Of a stretch of 64,000 bases of DNA, positions 57,417 to 64,000 are shown piece after piece. The DNA comes from a virus. The translations under genes were made by a program, and so were the position numbers. Location: the IMG/VR virus record IMGVR_UViG_3300037247_000961, positions 30,431 through 94,430 of that record. The stretch is one strand, 5' to 3'. The notes under the pieces were generated by a model, which searched no databases, was not told where the DNA came from, and saw nothing but the letters and a program-made list of their open reading frames with translations. Each line of letters starts with the position of its first letter. The stretch's first letter is position 1.

Positions 57417-57903
57417 CTCGCCAATTGGCGATTCGCATACGGGCAGTCGCGCCTAGATTGATAAATCGATGCAGCCCATAATCATGGGCCACGATGCGTC
57501 CATTGAATCGCCCGAAATTACTGTACTTCAAGTCGGTGAAGAAGCATGGCATCTTTTCAGGGAAGGCGGACTCTTCCATCGGACGAGTCCGCGCCTGAAT
57601 TAAGACTATACCACATGGGCTTATGTAATGGCAAGGGGCAAACCATTTCAGGGCGTCTTGTTCTGTATATTCTAGGTCGCTCCAGACCTGCCACTCTGCG
57701 ACATTCTGAAACGAGTGGGTGGCGGTTTCGATCTTGACCACGAGCGATGGATCGGTGCCATGTACATACACGCCGCGGCCAATACCTCCACCGAGGAACT
57801 TGCCAGTCATGGTGCGGAAGAAATCAAGGGCAATAGTGCCAGAGAAGTAAGATGCTACTCCCGAGTCCTGCACTGACGGGCGCTTTATTGTGCCGTCACT
57901 CAT
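57400..57903 (-). CDS. minimal protein-kinase-like fold protein
   Basis: LGGGIGRGVY, LVVK, N.AEW, TDLKYSNFG, HDYG. Confidence 0.7.
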   Translation of the reverse strand: MSDGTIKRPSVQDSGVASYFSGTIALDFFRTMTGKFLGGGIGRGVYVHGTDPSLVVKIETATHSFQNVAEWQVWSDLEYTEQDALKWFAPCHYISPCGIVLIQARTRPMEESAFPEKMPCFFTDLKYSNFGRFNGRIVAHDYGLHRFINLGATARMRIANWRDDKES

Positions 57904-59410
57904 CGTCACGTTCCGCCGCAAGGTCCGCCGCGTCTTGTGAACGGTTGAAGTCTGCATCCTTAGCACCTTCGATGAATGTCAAATCGAGTTCCTTTTCCTT
58001 TTCGATCTCTGCCAACTCTTCCTCGAAGTCCATGTCGGTTAGCTCCCGCTCATGCATGCGATCATGGATAGTGCGAAGGCTGAGCGGCGCACCCAACGCC
58101 TTGGCCGTCATCCATTCGTTAAGCGTCTTACCGTCCAAGCTGTCATCAGCAAAGTCCAAATTCGGAGTGACCTTGACCTTACTGTCATCCTGACCGAGCC
58201 AGCGCGCAGCCATCTTGAGCACTTGCTCTAGACCGAAGGCGCCAGCCAGCACAATTTGATTCAGCGTCGCCGTCCGCGCCGCCACACGAATCTTGAGAGC
58301 GTCTCCCGATTCCTTCTCCCGACTCACACTGTCGATTAACTGGCCTCCCTTTTCACTGGCCTGCCGATAATCATTCTCCAAGGCCTCACGCATCTCGGTA
58401 AGGCCTTCACTATTGACACCGATGTACTTGGCATCGTTGCCTGGCCCCGAGGGCAATTCGATGGACGCATTAGCCCCTGTGCGGAAGGTGGTTTCACCAG
58501 GAACGGCTCCCTCACCTCCCGTAGCGCCAAGCGCGCCGATGACAACTAACGTATCTTGTCCTTGCATGAACAGGGCTTGCCGATAATCGGCCTCCCCGCG
58601 ATAGATTGTAAGGGCAAGACGGCCTAGGCCCAAGAGGGGCGGCGCGTCTGGCTCCGGGATGATGTCCTTGGCATTGATAAACACAAACGGAATCTCGTCC
58701 AGCGTTTTACCGCCGATGGATGGAATCACCAAATCCAGCGCATTGAAGTTTGCAGAGTTTTCATCGAACATGCCAGTCGCATACACCCCTGCCGCCTCAT
58801 TGAGCGTAGGGTCACCAAGAATGAGAGCGCGGTACTTCTTTTTGAACTCCCATTCAAAATTGGCGATTCTTTCATGCTCCGACTCATCGAGGATGACCAA
58901 GTTCAGGATTTGCCGAAGGGGCATCCCAACTTTGCCGTCGTCCCAATTCAGGATCGTTGCAGCTTGGTAAGTAGCGATATAAGGCAACGTGCCGACCGGC
59001 GATTGGTCCGCCACATCCAGGAGCAACCCCATGCGTCCAGTGATTAACTGTTGCTCGTTGATACGCTGCAAGAGCATTTCGAGAGACTCGCCGAACAGCG
59101 TCACGCTTTCCAGCATAGGCTCCATCGGCTTTGGCAACTCGATGACCGGTGGCTTGTGATGCATCACACCGAGCATAGCCTCAACCGCGTCCTTGACACT
59201 GTTCGGGAACACAGCACGCTCCCTGTAAGCGTCATATGCCGCCTTGCCTGGCTGGCCTTTATTCATACCGTCCGCCTTTTGACCGGACGTCACTGGAAGG
59301 TAAAGTTGTCCCTGATCCTTGATCTTGCGTTCGCCCTCGTGGACGTCCGCCATCAAGTTCCAATCGGGAAGGGCCTTGGTGTAACTGGGATGTTTTGAAT
59401 CGAGTGCCAT
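57896..59410 (-). CDS. portal protein (DUF4055)
   Basis: HPSY....W, YLP, Y..Y..RA.F, GR.GLL.D, IPFVF, PPL..L, ESGDAL..R. Confidence 0.9.
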   Translation of the reverse strand: MALDSKHPSYTKALPDWNLMADVHEGERKIKDQGQLYLPVTSGQKADGMNKGQPGKAAYDAYRERAVFPNSVKDAVEAMLGVMHHKPPVIELPKPMEPMLESVTLFGESLEMLLQRINEQQLITGRMGLLLDVADQSPVGTLPYIATYQAATILNWDDGKVGMPLRQILNLVILDESEHERIANFEWEFKKKYRALILGDPTLNEAAGVYATGMFDENSANFNALDLVIPSIGGKTLDEIPFVFINAKDIIPEPDAPPLLGLGRLALTIYRGEADYRQALFMQGQDTLVVIGALGATGGEGAVPGETTFRTGANASIELPSGPGNDAKYIGVNSEGLTEMREALENDYRQASEKGGQLIDSVSREKESGDALKIRVAARTATLNQIVLAGAFGLEQVLKMAARWLGQDDSKVKVTPNLDFADDSLDGKTLNEWMTAKALGAPLSLRTIHDRMHERELTDMDFEEELAEIEKEKELDLTFIEGAKDADFNRSQDAADLAAERDDE

Positions 59411-59487
59411 CGTTACCTCGGAATACGGAGATTAAGCATTAATCTACCTAAGTTCATAACACAGTTCTTTAGAAAAGGCAAACAATT

Positions 59488-60138
59488 TTACAGCAAAATA
59501 AGCTGATTGGAATTATGCAAACGCGCTTGTTTGCTCAATCGTTGAGCTTCTTTAAGCCGACGATTGAATTCTGGGTCTTGACGCAGCTTTTTCATCCTTT
59601 GTGACCGTTGTTTCCGAATCTTAGGATCGGCATTGTTCTTTGCAAGAACTTTTTCCATCTTTTCTCGATGACCTGGTTTTGCCCACGCAGCCATACATGC
59701 TTTCCTCTGACTCTCTCGATATTCTTCGGTTCCATTTCTGTAAGCATGATGTTTCTTCACTGCGGATTGAAGATTCGGATGGATTGCTTTACCCCTGTTC
59801 GCTGATCCAATTCGATATCGCACTTCCTCGCTTGGATCACCCCCAGTCGATCCCCCACGAACTGTATTGTACTCCGAAGGACTCCGAGTGCCAAAGGACT
59901 GAATGAAATAATCCTCTAAGGCAAATATTAAATCTCTTGGGCCAACTAGCAAAGTCCTAACAGTAAAGTTTTCGGCCCCGTACTTACGCATAGCATTTTG
60001 AAGATATGATCCATCACCGCGCGGATTGGTCCGTTTGGAATCAGACACATGACCACTGAAGCGGCGAGCAATGGTGTTTTTTGTAGCCCCAATATATTGT
60101 TTCCCCTCTGGGCCTGTAATGATGTAAAGTTCTGCCAT
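59488..60138 (-). mobile_element. free-standing GIY-YIG homing endonuclease
   Basis: LYIIT....KQYIGAT....RF..H, A.RKYG.ENF, E..FI, YN..RGG; basic NUMOD-like tail; AT-richer than its flanks. Confidence 0.85.
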
Positions 60139-61725
60139 TTAATACATCCCGAGATGGCGACCCGATTTGGCGTATTGCCCAGCAAAGCGTACGCGGTAGC
60201 GCGTTTCATCGCAGACATGGTCCTCGGCATTTTTGTCGACTAGGTCCATGTCCTTTTCATCACGCGGCAGATTCGGCACAGTGCGCATGAACTGAATGCA
60301 CTCCTCACAAACGAACAAACCCGGCAACTCGCGCGGCCGTCCCTTTTTCGGATGCGCATGCTTGATCATCTTGCGCATATGCTCCAGTCCATTCTTGACC
60401 GAGCCAGCCGTCTTATCGGCTCTCGTCCAGGCAATCCCGGAATACATCAAATTACCAATACGTACGGGCCGCGACATGTCAATGGCGATGCTCACCCCAT
60501 TCTCAACATTGTGGATAGCGTTATCCGCTGGGCCTGATTGGACGCGTGCCCTCTTGATCGTACGCAAACCCCACATTAGCTCACGCTCTACAATGCCGGC
60601 TGCCACTTCAACGGCCAGCATGCGCTTGCCTTGGTTCGGGCGCCCTGACCAGCCATACCACTCATGAATGCGAAATAGATCCCCGCGGACCGTGCTGCGC
60701 ATCTTGCCATCCTTGAACAGCAAATCGCTCCCGTTGGACTCAGCCCACCAGCCAACCGAAAAAGGCGCACTCGATCCCCAATCAAAGGATCGGTCGATGC
60801 GCCAACCATTGGGCACCTCGAACGCAGGCACAATGTTATGTGCCGCTACCCACACATCATCGAACATGCCACCGGCCACAATATCCCATGACCCATGGAG
60901 CCATGCTTCAGCCATGGCAGGGTTGTTCGCTGATGCAATAATCGTTTGCTTGTAATTTGGATCTTCCTTGAGCAGAATCTTATTCTCATCAAGGTAACTG
61001 TATATGGAGCAGCGCGATGGATACAAACGACCCTCGGGGTCCGTTGCATCGTCGATGTAAATGGATTTCCACCACTGTCCATATAGGCGGTAGCGCTCTT
61101 TAACCCAATTGTGGCCTGTCCCATAAGGATTCGTCGTTGCGCGAATCATACGAGGCAAGCCGGGCGTCGACGACCGGCAACACGCAAACATCTGCGTAAA
61201 ACAAGAGTCATCGGCCCAGTTACATAGCTCCTCCCAGCCAATGAATGGATACTCATGGCCCAAGAGGGCAAGGGCGTCGGTAGTCCGGTTCATGTGGCGG
61301 AACATGAGCATCTCGCCAGTATCCCACTCCCATTGCATCTTTGTTTTATTGAACTTGGCGCGATTGCCAAATACCTGCCGGAACCACTTCTCCGACTTGG
61401 CTTGGACGTCCGCAAGCTGGGGGTAGGTCTGCCGGAAAATGATGCCACGCCATGCAGCGCCGAAGCCCCTATCTACATATTGGGCATAGCTCATCAATAA
61501 TGCATCGGTTTTACCGCCACCACGCGTGCCATGAATCAAACACTCAAACACGGTACATGCCATGAAGTCGTTTTGTGATCCATCCTGCGGAGCCCAGATG
61601 ATGTCCAGCCCCATATCAGTTTGAATCGGAACGCGCGCCTCTTGCTTAACGGCTTCCTTGTAGCGCGCCGCGTACTCAACCTCCTCCTCATCGGACGGAG
61701 TATGTACGCCTATGGCCTCAGTCAT
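60139..61725 (-). CDS. terL: terminase large subunit
   Basis: PQDGSQ, GTRGGGKT Walker A, GWEEL Walker B, TTNPYG.GHNWVK, FDWGSS.PF, EDHVCDETRY. Confidence 0.92.
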   Translation of the reverse strand: MTEAIGVHTPSDEEEVEYAARYKEAVKQEARVPIQTDMGLDIIWAPQDGSQNDFMACTVFECLIHGTRGGGKTDALLMSYAQYVDRGFGAAWRGIIFRQTYPQLADVQAKSEKWFRQVFGNRAKFNKTKMQWEWDTGEMLMFRHMNRTTDALALLGHEYPFIGWEELCNWADDSCFTQMFACCRSSTPGLPRMIRATTNPYGTGHNWVKERYRLYGQWWKSIYIDDATDPEGRLYPSRCSIYSYLDENKILLKEDPNYKQTIIASANNPAMAEAWLHGSWDIVAGGMFDDVWVAAHNIVPAFEVPNGWRIDRSFDWGSSAPFSVGWWAESNGSDLLFKDGKMRSTVRGDLFRIHEWYGWSGRPNQGKRMLAVEVAAGIVERELMWGLRTIKRARVQSGPADNAIHNVENGVSIAIDMSRPVRIGNLMYSGIAWTRADKTAGSVKNGLEHMRKMIKHAHPKKGRPRELPGLFVCEECIQFMRTVPNLPRDEKDMDLVDKNAEDHVCDETRYRVRFAGQYAKSGRHLGMY

Positions 61726-61933
61726 CGTTCTGGGCTTCCTCAACGACATCGGCAAATGCAGTAAATAGGAGAGCGGCCCGTGCACAATCCGGCCCTATCT
61801 CACCTTCGTCCATCGGGTAGCCGGCTATTTTGGCAAAGATCGAAAACTCCTCCAGCCGCTTGGCCAATGATAGGAACAAGTTGGGATTGGCCATATGGTA
61901 CTCAAAGGTCTGCTCGGGGGTCATGGTAGCCAT
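61718..61933 (-). CDS. hypothetical protein
   Basis: ORF between the PRTase and terL. Confidence 0.5.
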   Translation of the reverse strand: MATMTPEQTFEYHMANPNLFLSLAKRLEEFSIFAKIAGYPMDEGEIGPDCARAALLFTAFADVVEEAQNDD

Positions 61934-62313
61934 GTTCGAAAGACCCTGAATATTGGAATAATCCAATTCGAACAACCCACCACTGAACGATCATAGACGA
62001 CAACCCCAAGTGCATCTCGGCCTTGACGCTGGCGCATCATGCTTTCCCCTGTTGTTAAAACATCATCGACAATCAAAACCTTACCAATCGTGCAAAACTG
62101 CATTAAGGCCTCCGCTAGTTTTAAACCTCCTCGCGGAACACCTTCAACGTGGCCAAAGCAAATATGTGAATCAATGATTTTAGCCAGGGTTTTCCAGTCC
62201 TCATCGATGAAAGCATCGCAGTCAATCTTCCAAGGGAGTTCTTGCCCAGACGAATTTATGAAATCACCGTCTTTGAACAACGCCTTAGAATCCACGTTCC
62301 TCAACCTCCGCAT
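61921..62313 (-). CDS. orotate phosphoribosyltransferase-like type I PRTase
   Basis: F..SSG..L.WKIDCD, GVPRGG, PRPP loop VLIVDDVLTTGES. Confidence 0.8.
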   Translation of the reverse strand: MRRLRNVDSKALFKDGDFINSSGQELPWKIDCDAFIDEDWKTLAKIIDSHICFGHVEGVPRGGLKLAEALMQFCTIGKVLIVDDVLTTGESMMRQRQGRDALGVVVYDRSVVGCSNWIIPIFRVFRTWLP

Positions 62314-62473
62314 CTTCGGCGATGATCTCCATCACCTTTGCCGCATCCCGTAAATCGGTGACGATGCTCGCCGGCCACTTGATCCGCTCGGCGTGGATCG
62401 ATAGCTCCTTGAGCCGGCGTCCCAAAGGCCGACACTCGGCCGCGGACGTGCCTTCAAAGTCCTTACGGGCCAT
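62285..62473 (-). CDS. hypothetical protein
   Basis: SD AGGAGG; packing. Confidence 0.5.
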   Translation of the reverse strand: MARKDFEGTSAAECRPLGRRLKELSIHAERIKWPASIVTDLRDAAKVMEIIAEDAEVEERGF

Positions 62474-62637
62474 CGATCACAAATCCTCCTAACCGTGCAG
62501 CGGTACGCAACCGCCGTCGTACCAGCGCTGCCAGTCTCCGGCCTCAGCGACCTCGACCAAACCCCGGTCGTCGTCGGGGTGCTGATCCTGGAATTTGCGG
62601 AAATCCGCGTCCACGTCGTCCCACCAGTGAGCCATGC

Positions 62638-62919
62638 TCAACTCCGCCCCATTGGATTGCCATGGATATCCGGAAACAGATGGTCGATGCTTCGTGCCGT
62701 TTTGAAATCCGGCATCACGATCAACTCCCGGCCATCGACTAAATTAATGATCCCAGGGCGCTGTCCATGACCACAGCATGAGCCAATGGTTTGCAACCCG
62801 CCACAGTTTAGGGCCTGGACGAGCGGCGCAATACATGGGTCTACCGACGCATGTGTACGACCATCTGATCTTGGCTCGAAGAGCCGTATCTGCGTTGCTT
62901 CAATTCCATGCTCACACAT
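62638..62919 (-). CDS. small protein with a TYW3-like N-terminal motif
   Basis: VDPCIAPLVQALN..G..T.GSCCGH. Confidence 0.6.
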   Translation of the reverse strand: MCEHGIEATQIRLFEPRSDGRTHASVDPCIAPLVQALNCGGLQTIGSCCGHGQRPGIINLVDGRELIVMPDFKTARSIDHLFPDIHGNPMGRS

Positions 62920-62940
62920 TGTTCAAACTCTGATTTTTGC

Positions 62941-63129
62941 TCAATCCAACATCGGTGTGCCATTAAGCGTCTCACACCATCCTAAATCGTAATGAGCCCG
63001 CAAACCAATGAGATCAAAACCATCGACTTTGCAGAACGGGCAAATCACACTTGCGCCATCCAATTCTGCCAATCGTTCAGCGTAAGTCGGCGAAGTTTCA
63101 ATCTCATAATTTAATAAATCACTCATCAT
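62941..63129 (-). CDS. small Zn-finger-like protein
   Basis: CPFC..DGFDLIGL..H....C. Confidence 0.55.
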   Translation of the reverse strand: MMSDLLNYEIETSPTYAERLAELDGASVICPFCKVDGFDLIGLRAHYDLGWCETLNGTPMLD

Positions 63130-63190
63130 GGTTTGTTCTCGGTGTCACGCTCGATCATGTCCGCTTCCATGTCCGGTTGCGTGGTATAAC

Positions 63191-63910
63191 TCAACGAACA
63201 ACAGCCTTGCCAGCCTTACGAGCGGCGACGTCCGCGGCACGGTCGGGCAGCACGACCTCCTTGGCCACATTGGCCGAGGCATCCTCGCCAGGCTTCTCCG
63301 CATCAGCCTGCATAGGATTCTGTCGCTCCTCGTTCTTGCGTGCTTGATCCGCAACCCATTCAGCTGGCGTCATAGCCGCCGGAACCACAAGGACGCCGCC
63401 GCCGCCCGTAAGGTTGACCTCTTGCTTGTCCCTGTATCCTGCATCGATACGCTTTAGCTCCATGGCGATCAAGGGCACAGGGAATTCACGCTTCTCCTCG
63501 TAGACTACACCTTCCTTGGTCGCCCTCATGATGGGATTGCCTTTGAAGGCTAGATCCCCAATCGCATGCTCAACGAACTTATCCCGATACGCCGCCTGAG
63601 CCTCATCATAGGCATGAGCGAAATTTGGGTCGTTTTTGCAATGGAGGGTAACAGTGATGACGCTTACGCCGGCAGCCGTGGCCGCATGCTTCTTGCGATT
63701 ATGCTCAGCGTATTCCGCGAGGAAGATTTCCTTTGCAGCATCGTCGAACTTGATGCTTCCAGCCTGTAGCTTGCGGCGCCAATTCGTTTGATCAGCAACC
63801 GGATTGGCCTTTGGTGCAGGAGATCGCCGCGGCTTGCCCGTGGACGCAGTGATCTCACCTGCCTTGACCTTATGATGCTTCTTCCGAGGTATTTTGGTTG
63901 GCTTGCCCAT
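63191..63910 (-). CDS. terS: terminase small subunit
   Basis: FLAEYAE......AA.AAGVS.......DP.FA....EA...L....LK.....YRD; upstream of terL. Confidence 0.75.
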   Translation of the reverse strand: MGKPTKIPRKKHHKVKAGEITASTGKPRRSPAPKANPVADQTNWRRKLQAGSIKFDDAAKEIFLAEYAEHNRKKHAATAAGVSVITVTLHCKNDPNFAHAYDEAQAAYRDKFVEHAIGDLAFKGNPIMRATKEGVVYEEKREFPVPLIAMELKRIDAGYRDKQEVNLTGGGGVLVVPAAMTPAEWVADQARKNEERQNPMQADAEKPGEDASANVAKEVVLPDRAADVAARKAGKAVVR

Positions 63911-64000
63911 GGCACTCCGCCCGTGGTCAACGTCCATGACGCCGAAAGAGCCATCGCGCGGTTGTCGAGCCATGCTCAGGCGCGCACGCGAGGCTGATGA

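Noticed and set aside
59411-60138. GIY-YIG as part of a group I intron in terL or portal
   Set aside because: terL ends with its complete nuclease motif and a stop directly before the GIY-YIG ATG, the portal starts intact, and there is no room for an intron core
10-63997. Numerous long plus-strand ORFs in the track (e.g. 10087-10920, 14310-14999, 50155-50898, 52493-53137)
   Set aside because: Antisense shadows of well-supported minus-strand genes in GC-rich codon usage; no motifs or SDs
1-64000. Stop-codon reassignment or prophage/integration module
   Set aside because: Core genes are full length in the standard code with all three stops used; no integrase, att site or host genes are visible

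Overview
Most of the genome of a tailed dsDNA siphophage, with nearly all genes on the minus strand. Gene content and order resemble the YuA/M6-like (Mesyanzhinovviridae-type) phages, with a GTA-like tail tip. The host is plausibly an alphaproteobacterium (inference). Reading from the right end: terminase small and large subunits with small genes between them, a free-standing GIY-YIG endonuclease, portal, a kinase-like gene, HAD nucleotidase, MuF, tRNA-Thr, scaffold, a small antisense island and the major capsid protein. Then come about 13 kb of extra virion-like genes, including a 1205-aa protein with 31 tandem 21-aa repeats, followed by neck, tail tube, a frameshifted chaperone, tape measure, Dit/hub/NlpC/central fibre and side fibres. 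After these lie an envelope cassette (BTLCP protease, holin-like, lipoprotein, class-3 lipase), a T5 A1-like gene, an M15 endolysin with an extra N-terminal domain, and an inverted-repeat origin-like region. The replication and nucleotide module has SNF2 helicase, SSB-like, RecD-like helicase, HNH, an atypical initiator-like tRNA-Met, class II RNR, a thymidylate-synthase homologue lacking its catalytic Cys, HD hydrolase, DUF3310, a LexA-like protein and the 5' part of a family A DNA polymerase cut by the window edge. I saw no integrase, CRISPR array or reverse transcriptase. All calls come from motif recognition and synteny by eye, not from database searches.
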